Source: the human T2T-CHM13v2.0 reference genome, Homo sapiens | Length of the DNA: 64,000 bases | NCBI RefSeq assembly: GCF_009914755.1 | Contig: NC_060932.1 | Direction: 5' to 3' (one strand) | Shown here: piece by piece, positions 1 to 11,796 of the stretch | Numbering within the stretch: the first letter of the stretch is position 1 | Layout: every line of letters begins with the position of its first letter | Notes under the pieces: generated by a model | Told to the model about the DNA's origin: nothing | The model's database searches: none | The model's input: only the letters and a program-made list of their open reading frames with translations | Translations under genes and position numbers: made by a program

Positions 1-1477
1 TGGACAAGGAAGATGGAGTTTGGAGAATATTTGAAGTCAAGAATTTAAGATTTAGATGCTCTCTGCATCCCTGAGAAAAAAGCCACAATCTTATACTTTT
101 GAGGCTTGAGTTAGGGTGAAAAAGAAACTGGGATATAGATACTCAGACTGGATTAGCAAAATTCCAGAGGAAAGAATTGTATCTTCAAAGAAACATTCAA
201 GTAAAACTTCAAGTTCTTTGAAACTTTTCATTTAGAGGAGTGCTAGAAAGTCCAAACTGGGGCAGAGATGACAAATGTCTCGTTGAGGTGTTTCCATAGA
301 TGAGCCCAAGAGCAAGCCTTACCAAGCCCAGCAGGAATCAAGTGGCAAAGAGAGCAGAGTACACAACTCGCAACAGGACCAGTGCACACTCAGAATCTTT
401 AGACTGAATGAACAGGGTCCTTACTCTGAAGGGACTTTGGCCAAGAGTTTGGTCAAGAAGGGTAAGCCACACGACCAGAGACCACAAGGAACTGGGATGG
501 CCACTGTGGATGCCAGTCTACAGAGCCAAAGATCAGTCAGAGCAAGGAATACCAGAGCAGGGAAGAGTCAAATAACAGCATTAATATCAGACACCCTTAA
601 GAGGAAAATGATGTTTGCTTATCAGAAGTGATACGATTATCTCAAAGTTTCCAGATGAAGCATGTTACACCGTTATGAAAATGGGAGTTCCACAGCCAAG
701 TTATGTTTACTTTTTTAAAAAATGAAGACAAAATTAATTCACATAAATACACAACTGAATTGTGACTGCAAAAACACCTAATTGCTTATAACTATGCATC
801 AGGGTATCTAGAAGATGGCATTTTTATTATTGTGATTATTATTATTATTAATGAAAGGATGGGTCATTTACAAGTTGCCAGCTGCTGGCACTTCTAACAG
901 CAGAGACCACAAATCGCTGTGGAGCAGTGTGCACATCAGTGAGGCAGTTGATCAGGATGGCAGCAGAACGTGTGGAACCATCTGTTCTTGACTATGTGGC
1001 ACTAAAACAGAAAAAGGGACACAACAGTAAACATTTTCAATTTCCGTATTTTTCTTTTCTTTTTCCACAGGGAAACTGTAAGGTAGTCTGATGGCCTCCA
1101 TGAGAGAAAATAAAACCTTTCATACCTTAGTGATATATACATTTTTCTCCTAATTTAAATATAAAACCATGATGTTCTAGGCCCCAAGGTGCTTAAGGGA
1201 AACATAATAATTACAAAAAATATATGTAGCAATGTACTTCATGAGTTATGAAGGGAATATGAGATAGCCAAACTGTTTATGAGTCTTCAATTCTTCAATG
1301 ACCTAAACACTTACAAATGTATTTAAAAGAAAAGGTCGCATATAAAATTGAATCAAAAACATTTAACTACCTAACATAGTTCATTAACTCAAAATTGTTT
1401 GTATTAAGATGCTAAATACACTTAAGAGATTGACTCTTATACACTGGTGATTATTAAAAGCTTGTAAACATTTATGA

Positions 1478-1813
<336 letters not shown>

Positions 1814-2880
1814 TGAGAAACCCTTTATTCTATTAACTTCACAGATTCTTGGAGTCATTAAGACTTACTGAAAAATCATACGGTTTTCCCTCCAACCATG
1901 GGAAGAGCAGTAAAGAATCAAAAAGAAAATTACATCACCTGATTATGTTCCAAGTATAAAATTGTCAGGATTAGACGATGGAAAGTGGATATCTATTTCT
2001 ATATTTCAATTGTTTGAGAAATTATTGTGCTGAATCAAATATACTTTAATAAGAAATGTAAACTAAATAAAAGGACTGACGGGTCAGGAAACTGTGCCAA
2101 TAGCTGAAGGATTATAATTGCTTGTGGAAAATTTTCAATCCCCTAGAAGTATGTTTTAAATATTCTGCCAACATATGTCTCAATTACTGAGTCTTGTAAA
2201 AATGTAGTCTTTCTTCAATATTTTTGAAGAACATTTACAATAGCTATATTCAGTAAAACCTCATTTATCTGATAAAAGTTCATTCAAAATAGAGTATAAT
2301 TTGAAGAACTACTAAGATTTTCCTGTTGAGTGTACATTTATTTTGCGATAAAATTTCAAGGTTACAGAAATATACATAAAGAAGCAGAATGGTCACACAT
2401 TAGTTATCAAGCTATACTATGCTTTTCCATGAGAAAAACTATGAGTACCAGCATCATATCATGACATGTTTGTCCTGTGAATTTAATTGTCTTCACACTA
2501 AAACCCAATTGCCATGACTAGAATAATCATAAAGCTGTATCCATTGGTTCCCAAGGTCACTAAAATAAACGGCTAATCTGACATTTCTCTTCACATAAGA
2601 AATAGCAGCCTGACTTAGGACTATGTAATAAAGATAAAAGTTCTTATAAATATTGCTGTATATTTTTTATAATATTAACCTTTTAAAATATTTTCCACCA
2701 AAATACAAATTATTATTTTTAAGAGTAATCTAAAGTAAACAGAAAGGGAACCAAACAAAATAAGGGCTACTATATGTTTTATTCTTATTTTTTAGAATTA
2801 ATTTATATTTCTAAATTTGTAATGCATGCATTGAAGACAGAGTTCAAGAGGTATTAAAGTATAGAAAATTTAAAAAGTAA

Positions 2881-3669
2881 TTTTCTTTTTTATTCCTACC
2901 CAGCTTTCATCCTCAAAGGCCACCACTATTGCTAGCTCCTTGGATATCCGTCCATGGATATCCTTTGCACATGTAAGTATATATGTGCCTGTAGACTTCT
3001 TCTTTAACATACAAATTTAGCATGATATGGAGTATTTTTTCTATCTTTATTTTTCATTTAATATAAATAGATTAGTTCATTTTGGTGCATACACTTTTTT
3101 TAATTTTTAAATATCTGCAAAACATTCCGTTGGACAGATTTACAATTATTTATTTAAACAAACCCAATCAATATACATTTTCAATGCTGCAATGTGTACA
3201 TGCATTATTATATAGTATTATATGTATAACACTTTCAAATACACAGAATGCATTATTCTATAGTATTTTATATAGCATTATTCAAATACACAGAATACAT
3301 TATTATATAGGATTATATGTATAATACTTCCAAATACACAAAATAATGTGTGTATGCATTGCAGCACTAAAAATGTATATTGATTGGGTTTGTTTAAATA
3401 AATAATTGTAAATCTGTCCAATGGAATGTTTTGCAGATATTTAAAAAATAAAAAAAATTATATGCACCAAAATGGAATAATCTATTTATATTAAATGAAA
3501 AATAAAGATAGAAAAAAGATTCCATATCATGCTAAATTTGCATGTTAAAGAAGAAATCTATAGGCACATATACACTTATATGTGCATAGGATATCTATGG
3601 AAGGATATCCAACGATATCCAAGGAGCTGGCCTTTGGAGAGAAAAGTTGGGTAGGAATAAAAAAGAAAA
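2881..3669. repeat. Long inverted repeat: arms 2881-3209 and 3342-3669, 132-bp spacer
   Basis: Manual reverse-complement alignment gives about 90% identity, including a perfect stretch of about 50 bp (ttggacagatttacaatt...atatacatttt). Confidence 0.97.
3203..3345 (+). repeat. Three ~48-bp tandem units in the spacer of the inverted repeat
   Basis: cattattatatagtattatatgtataacactttcaaatacacagaatg-like units start at 3203, 3251 and 3298. Confidence 0.85.
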
Positions 3670-3674
3670 AAAAG

Positions 3675-3678
3675 TATG

Positions 3679-3723
<45 letters not shown>

Positions 3724-3885
3724 GTATGTGTGTATATATATATACATATGTATGTGTATATATATACATATGTATGTGTATATATATATACATATGTATG
3801 TGTATATATATATACGTATGTATGTGTATATATATATACATATGTATGTGTATATATATGTGTATGTGTGTGTGTATACATAGAT
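3675..3885. repeat. Compound (TA)n/(CA)n/(TATG) microsatellite
   Basis: Alternating purine-pyrimidine array seen directly. Confidence 0.97.
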
Positions 3886-4910
3886 ATGTGATATATTCCT
3901 AGAAAATGAATTGCTGGAACACAGGATATGCATTTACATTTATGATTAAATAGTAAAGCTGCATTTAATTCCAAATATATCAATTTATGCTCTTTTATAA
4001 GGTATAAAAGTATCAGTTTCCCCATATTATAGGGTTTAAAATGTATTCATTGTCATTTTGAAAATGACCAAATTGAAGACATATTTGCCAGTGTTTGAAA
4101 ATTTAAAAAATTAAAAACACAAACATAAGCTACAATGGAAGGTTTGCATATTTTCTTTCATAAAACTAAATATAACCTCCAAGTTTGAATTTTCTTTGAA
4201 CAGATAAAAATGTCATTTTTCACAAAGCCAGGTTATTTAAAACTAATAATTATCTCCAAATTTCAGCATTATTGCAAATAAAATAAAATTACTTCAGTTT
4301 GAATATAAATAGTACAACTGTAGAAAGCAATTCATTTCCTCATGTATCATTTAGAGGCAGAGAATGCTAGTAATCAACTTAAGATCTTATAAGAAATCAA
4401 ATATTTAATTCTATTTTTCCAAATTATTTGTTTTCTCAATAGTTTATGTCTCTTTATTCTTTAAAATAAGAAATTCCAGGGTTTGAATTCCTCCCAAGAG
4501 AGAACACTATTAAAAATTTAAAGAAAAATATTGAGCCAAAATGTTATTCATTCAAATGCTAGTTTCTTTTCAGTACTTTAAAAAGACAAATTTTTAGACT
4601 TATGCATAAAAACACTACTCTCAACTTTAATACTTGAGGAATTTTGAGACTGCAATGCTTGGTTAAGAGTTACTTGCTCAACAATATTTCTCTCTAAATA
4701 AAACCACACTTTACATTTTACAGTTAATCAATTTTAAAAGTTTAGGTTTGATAAATATATTTTTTATAGTTTGGCGTGAAGTTTTTATATTGAAAATAGC
4801 TATGTGGTTGTGAAATATCCCCAATGCCTTTGAGCATTGGAAAAATTTTTCTATTTTTCCATAAGATATGGGATTAAATTGTAAAACACTAGGAAAAGAA
4901 CTTCTTGATC

Positions 4911-5302
<392 letters not shown>

Positions 5303-6413
5303 TAATTTTACTTAGCTTGCCTAACCTTCTTATATGATTCTTTTTTTTATCAATACCCATTCAGAATTGCTTTTGCTGTGATAAAGCCCTAGTAGTATTA
5401 ATTAGACACTTTGCAGCATCAGACGTAACAGTTAAGTAAAAACTCCTTTTAAATCAAAAGTGCTCCTTTAAAAAACTGCTCAACTGAAATTTGTCTCACT
5501 AAAAGATTCAAGAAAAGGGATGAACAAGGCTGGCTCTCTGGCCTTTTCAACCGGACTCCAGGGACCAAGTGGAAAGATCTGGCAGTAGTACCAGTTTGAC
5601 TTCTCTTTGACCACCACTGGGGTAAAGAATATCCAGACATAATGAAAGACAGTGGCCAGAGGTCAGTTCCACTGGGTTATCTGAATAAGACTCTCAGCTG
5701 AAGGAAGTGGGGCTATTTATAACCCTTGGGAAAAGGGATAAGAAGAAGAACCTGGGGTGTGTCTTCAATGGGCCCCAGATTCCCAGCCCCAAGAATCCTT
5801 ATCTGAGCAGAACTTGATAAAAAGTTTTCAGAAGACACTAAGGCATTATCAGCCTCAGTGACTCATGAAATATTAATACTCTCATCCAGAAGAGAATATT
5901 AATCCTCAATGACTCTGTACGATGCCCATTCTTGCACAGAGATTTTATTTCATGGAAATACATATTTATATATTTTTATACATTTATATTTTTTCATGAA
6001 AATATATTTTAATGTCTTAAAATTATCAGATATTGGTATTCTGTGGTTCATAAAAATTTATTGGTGCCACTAGCTTTTATCACAGCTTAGAAAATTTGAA
6101 AACCTGTTTAGGCCTTTATCATTTTGGCACTTACTGTTTACTATTTATAGTATCTTCCCACTATGTCCCATAATCAGCAGTTTTGTCAACTATCTTTTAT
6201 GAATGAAGCCCCAACTAGCTCTCCGACAAAATAACTTACATAATTTTGTCCTCATTGCCAAAAGATATGGTCTAATTTCCCAGAGCATTTCTTATACTAT
6301 TCAGAATCTAGCTCCAATTAACTGCTAAGTCACATCTCTCTCTATTCAGCTATATGCATTTTGCATTGCAGACATTTAAAACGTATTGAAAAGTTTCTCA
6401 AATGTAACTCTGT

Positions 6414-6729
6414 TTTGTTTTGCTTTGTTTTGTTTTGAGATGGGATGTCACTCTGTCACCCAGGTTGGAGTACGGTGGTTTACTATCATGGCTCATGGGT
6501 CACTGTAACTTGAACACCTGGGCTCAAGAGATTTTCTCATCTCAACCTCCTGAGTAGCTGAGACTGCAAGCACATGCCACCAAAACCAGCCAATTTTTGT
6601 ATTTTTTATCATAGAGATGGGGTCTTGCTATATTGCCCAGGCTGGTCTCAAACTCCTGACCTCAAGCAATCTTCCCACCTCAGTCCCCCAAGGTATTGGG
6701 ATTACAGGTGTGGGCCACCCTGCCCAGCC
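6414..6729 (-). mobile_element. AluJ SINE
   Basis: Diverged antisense Alu (ggggtcttgctatattgcccagg). TSD tcaaatgta(a/g)ctctgt. Confidence 0.92.
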
Positions 6730-6769
6730 TCAAATGTAGCTCTGTACCATTGACCTTACCTGTCTACCA

Positions 6770-7075
6770 AGCACATTCCTATTGTTTCTTCAAGGTAAAT
6801 TATACGCCACCTCTTCTGTGAAGCCTCAATAATTATGAGGGCAAAACTAGTAATGTCTCAATTTGCTACGACTTGCCAAATCTACTAGGGATTGTGTTAA
6901 TCTGTATTGTAATTATTTCTCTATGTGTTTGATCACTTCGTTAGATCATTAGCTAATTTTTCCAGACACGATTTTTATATTTACCTATCTAATGCCTAAT
7001 GTCTGAAGCCTACGTGAGATTAGACCATGATAGATAATCGACAACCGAATGTTGAATGAATAAATAAACAATGAA
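6770..7075 (-). mobile_element. L2 3' fragment
   Basis: Degenerate L2 terminus (ttcttcaaggt...cacctcttctgtgaagcct...tgttgaatgaataaat). Confidence 0.5.
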
Positions 7076-7416
7076 GTAAATACACAAGTGCAGCAAAACC
7101 ACAGAGAAGATCTACATAGTATTTTTCTGGTAGAAGGCTGCCTGTTTTTTAATATCCCAGTGTTATAGAATATTTGAGTCTCTTAGCACAGTATTTCGCA
7201 GCCAATTATTTATATAGGAAAAAATTGCATTTATGTCTCTAATACTCAATATGACATTTCTTAACAAAATTGTTTTGGGAAAAAAAGTTATGTTCCAAAT
7301 AGAATTGACACAATGTCATAATCACAAGGACAGTTTGAGGAGCAGGCCAATTCTCATCGAAGGGGGTATTTATCTTAGATGTTGCTGGCACTAAAAAAGT
7401 CAATTTTACTGGCAAC

Positions 7417-7464
7417 AAATTATATTTTTATCAAGCAAATAAATTATATTTTTATCAAGCAAAT
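7417..7464 (+). repeat. Perfect 24-bp tandem duplication
   Basis: aaattatatttttatcaagcaaat occurs twice head to tail. Confidence 0.95.
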
Positions 7465-8184
7465 AAATTTTATTTGGTGATCTGGAAGAAATATTTTAAA
7501 TATTCACTGTGTTTTAGGAAATTGAGAGCTTAGAGTTGACAAACACTCATTATATTTTTTTCCCTTTAAAATGATGGGAAATAGATTCTTGACAGCATTT
7601 CTATTCAGATCTTTATATTAAGGAACATTATTTTCAATACATGGGCGATAGCTGTATAACATTTATACTTATTACATTCAAACTGTTGTGTTGTTTATTA
7701 AGATAAATATAAAAATAAAGTGATTTATTTCTTGTCGTCAAGGAGCTTACAGTTTAGTTGGTAGAACAAGGCATACATGTTACTAACTATAATATAATCC
7801 ACATCTGGGAAATATGGTGGGCTCACAATTAATCTTCATATTGAATGCTAATGGATGAAATTGTAGTGGATGCATGGGGTGCTATATTACTGAAGACTCT
7901 GAGGTCACAGCCCAGCTTGGGAGAAGAACACCATGATGATTAGTGATGTTTGTAACAGAAACATACTTGCCACCACTGCTCTATAGACTCAGAGAAAAAA
8001 GAAAGCAGCTCAACTTGAAGTGATAAATTAAAATATCTTTAAAGAGGTGACATTTAGGCTGGGCAAGGTATTTTTAGGATCAGGAATACAAAGAAGCAGT
8101 CCAAGTGAAATAGTGCCAGAAGTTAAGTGTAGATTAGAGAGAAATGACAAAATACAATGAAAGCAAGTATTCCTGTTGGCTGAA

Positions 8185-9655
8185 GCCAAATGTATCCTTC
8201 TTGTCCTCAAAATGGCAGCAAAGGACAGAGAGCCCCTTTCAACTTGACACATTATGGAAGGGACAGCACTTTGGTCTTATGGGAACAAAAACTTACTCTG
8301 GATACAGATCTGCCTTTGCTGCACCAGTGCTTCTCCCAAAACTACCAACTACAGACTTACAGAATGCCTTATACACTGTCATGATATTCCACACAGTATT
8401 GCTTCTTATCAAGGAAATTAATTCACAGAAAATTAAGTGAGGCAATAAGCCCACACTCATGTAATTCACTGATCTTAAATGCTCCCTATATTCTCAACTG
8501 ATGGCTTGACAGAGCAGTGGAAAGGACATTGAAGTCACAGCATCACTAAGTGGTAAAACCTTGCAGCGCTGAAGCAAGGTTGTTCAGAAGGATGTGTACT
8601 TCTGGATAAGTGTCCAATATATGATGTTCTTTCTCCATGGCTGGGATTCACAGGTCCAGAAATTTAGGGATGAAAATGGGAGGGGCACCACATACTATTA
8701 CCCCCTAATGACCCACTAGTAAAATTTCAGGATACTGTTTCCATGACCTTATCCTCTGCTGGCCTATAAGTTTTAGTTCCAAAGGAAGGAATGCTTTTAC
8801 CAAAAGACACAACAATTATCCACTTAACTGGAAGTTTAGACTGCCACTCAACCCATTTGGGCTTCTCATACCTCTGAATCAATAGGCAAATAAAGGAGAT
8901 TACTGTGCTGGCTACCGTGGTTATCCTGACTACCAAAAGAAAGTTGTACAACTGCTCCACAATGAGGTTAAGGAAGAGTATGTCTGGAATACAGAAGATC
9001 CCTTAGGGAATCTCTTAGCATTACCATGCCATGTGATTAAGGTCAATTGAAAACCAAAACAACCCAATCCAGAAAGGATTTCTACTGGCCCAGACCCTTC
9101 AGGACTGAAGGTTTGGATCACCCCGTCTGGTAAAGAGCCAAGACGAACTGAGGTACTTGCTGAAAGTAAAGGATATCCCAAATGGGTAGTGAGAAAAGGT
9201 TGTTATAAATACCACCTGCAACCATGTCACCAGTTACAAAAACAAGTACTGTAATTGTCATAATATTTCCTTCTTATTTTGATGAATACATTTGTGTGGG
9301 AGGGGTGGGGGGAGTGGGTTTGTGTATATGTCTTCAGCAAATATCTTTGTTTTCTTCCCTTCCTTTACTTTTTGTTAATTCCCTTATCATGTAAGGTAAG
9401 AAGAGTTGATTTCATGTCACAGTGTTTAAGTATTGTTAATTTTACATCATAGTAGTTAACTTACGGAATATCAAATAGTAAACGTCACTCAAAGACTTTA
9501 CCACCTCTTCAGGGGAAAGTTAGAATGTGTTTTTGGTTTATGCAGGATGATTGCATCATGTGTTGCAAAATTATGCCTTGTTATTATCTTTATTTGGATA
9601 TTAAGTATGTTTTAAAGAGATGTGTATCAATGCCAAGTTGACAAGAGGTTGGCTT
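8185..9655 (+). mobile_element. ERVL (HERV-L/ERVL-E-like) internal remnant: decayed integrase, dUTPase and PPT
   Basis: WKGQHFGLMGTKTYSGYRSAF resembles the ERVL integrase motif (WKGQRFVLTGIDTYSGYGFAF). SSAGL*VLVPKEGMLLPKDTT near 8750-8815 resembles ERVL dUTPase. PPT-like aagttgacaagaggttggct directly precedes the LTR. Multiple stops and frameshifts. Confidence 0.85.
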
Positions 9656-10079
9656 GTGATGGTTAATTTTATATGTCAACTTGACTGGGTGTCCAGACAT
9701 TTGGCCAAACATTATTTTGGGTGTGTCTGTGATGGTGTTTCTGGATGACATTAACATTTGAATAGGTAAACTAAGTAAAGTCGATTGTCTAATGTGGGTG
9801 GGACTTATCCAGTTAATAGAAGACCTGTGTAGAACAAAAAAGCTGAATAAGTGGGAGTGCCTTCTGACTGCTTGACCCGCAGTATTGCTCTTTTTCTGAC
9901 CTGGAACTGTAACTTAAACATCACCTCTTCTGGTTCTCAGACCTTTGGACTTGGGCTGGAACTTATATCATCTGTCTCCTGGGTATCCAGCTTGCCAGTT
10001 GAAGATCTTGAGACTTCTCAGACTCCATAGATGTGTGAGCCAATTTTTTATAATAAATCTTGAAAATCTCTTTCTCCCC

Positions 10080-10112
<33 letters not shown>

Positions 10113-10228
10113 TATATGTGTGCATATATGTATGTATGTATGTATAATGTGCACCAGAGGATTGAATTATATATGCATAAAATCTATTGTTTCTTTCCTC
10201 TGTGGAAGCCTAAGACAGCTAATATCAA
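9656..10228 (+). mobile_element. MLT2 (older subfamily) 3' LTR of the ERVL remnant, with internal TA/CA microsatellite (10080-10145)
   Basis: Starts tgtgatggttaattttatatgtcaacttgactgg, the canonical MLT2 5' end. Confidence 0.9.
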
Positions 10229-11047
10229 TAAATTTGGCCTCAATAAACTTTATGTTTTCCCCATTATCCTACACCCTTAATATCTATTCCCATACATTTT
10301 CTCCAGGTTTTTATATAAATATTTATATTTTAAATGTAGTTTTTTTGGTGCATAGTTCAGTGAAGCTCCTGGAAAGTCACACTTCATACCTCGTCGTTTA
10401 GAGCTGAGTCTTCAACTTGAATCTAGTTAAATGTTTGGAAGCACTCATGCTTATTAAGTCCTGAGAAAAATCAACAGTGCTTTGCAAGGCAACTACCACA
10501 GAGGAGGCCAGTACTGGTGCTTTAGGCTAAGGAGACTAGCCTTTTTATAAATGAATATTGTTTATCATTTCTCAAAACTTATAAAACACACACACATATT
10601 TTATTTTACAATTTAGCATCTTCCACATATTTCTGGTGAACACATTCTTTTACTCAGACATGTATTAGATACTTTTAAAAAAAATCCATTGAATGACAAA
10701 CATCATCTACATTTTTTTCACAAAGCAAGTGTTCATTTTTTACTACAAATCAGCAGAGAGGTAAAGCAAAAGTCTCAGATAGAGGTTGTGAAACTTATTA
10801 TTTTGCAAGAGAGTCCAAAACCAGTTATAAAATGCATAATCTTTGAGGTGATTCATCTCTATTTTTAAAAACTTTTCATTCCGTTTTTTTTTCCCCTTAC
10901 GTCAATGGTTCATTTCTTCCTCCACCCCTAAAAATATCAGCCTCATCATAGCACATTGTATCCTTAATACATCAGAAACTCCCAACGGACTTCAAAATGC
11001 ATTTCTCTATATTTTATTTTCATAACAAATGTATCTTTACTCTCTTT

Positions 11048-11550
11048 TAAGGGAGGAGATCACCCCTCATATTGTCTTATGCCTAATTTCTGCCTCCAAA
11101 GAAAGAAGACGTAAAAACTAAAAGGCAGAAATGAAACCCATAGGCAGACAGCCCGGCGCCACACCCTGGGCCTGGTAGTTAAAGATCGACCCCTGACCTA
11201 ATCGGTTATGTTATCTATAGATTACAGACATTGCATAGAAAAGCACTGTGAAAATCCCTGTCCTGTTCTGTTCCGTTCTAATTACCGGTGCATGCAGCCC
11301 CTAGTCACGTACCCTCTCCTCGCTCAATCGATCACGACCCTCTCACGCAGACCCCCTTAGAGTTGTGAGCCCTTAAAAGGGACAGGAACTTATTTGTGCT
11401 TGAGGATATCAGGAAAGGTATTTCACAGGAGATGAAACTTGGGAGCTCGGTTTTTGAGACGTGAGTCTTGCCGATGCTCCCGGCCGAATAAAGGCCTTAC
11501 TTCTTTAACTTGGTGTCTGAGGGGTTTTGTCTGTGGCTCGTCCTGCTACA
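11048..11550 (+). mobile_element. LTR2 (HERV-E/Harlequin) solo LTR carrying a 51-bp foreign insert
   Basis: taagggaggagatcacccctcatattgtcttatg ... ctcgtcctgctaca. TATA-like ccttaaaagg at 11371, followed by aataaa. CpGs retained, so relatively young. Confidence 0.92.
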
Positions 11551-11796
11551 TTTGACTGCATTGATAAATATATGATTATATAATCTATCACATATTTACA
11601 TATGTCATAAAATTTTATATAAGCAAAAACAAGATAAAACCAAATACTATTTATTAAGCAGGGAGAGAGGAGAGAGAGAGACTTCCTTCTATAATACCAT
11701 CTTATGGAATCACTGTGAAAGATAAGATTACTACAATATTGTCACTGTTTTTAATGAGACAAACATGTAAACAGCTGTAGTTATACCCATGGCCAT

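Larger units (their letters stand above)
2881..4030 (-). mobile_element. Ancient L1 (L1ME-like) 3' fragment interrupted by an inverted duplication and a microsatellite
   Basis: Antisense L1M 3'-end-like motifs (aatgctgcaatg ... attcctagaaaatgaattgctgg) continue across the interruption. Confidence 0.55.

Noticed and set aside
2250-2290. cagtaaaacctcattt resembling a Tigger TIR
   Set aside because: No matching second TIR was identified, so it is too weak to call.
3545-4025. Stacked YI/HT/CV-rich ORFs (also at 9945-10401 and 14852-15209)
   Set aside because: Stop-free reading of TA/CA microsatellites.
5853-5915. Short direct (cctcagtgactc / cctcaatgactc) and inverted (attaatactctc / gagaatattaat) matches
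   Set aside because: 12-bp imperfect matches in AT-rich DNA cannot be distinguished from chance.
8144-8440. 98-aa ORF with an integrase-like motif
   Set aside because: A frameshifted ERVL relic with the catalytic Asp region altered. Not a domesticated gene on this evidence.
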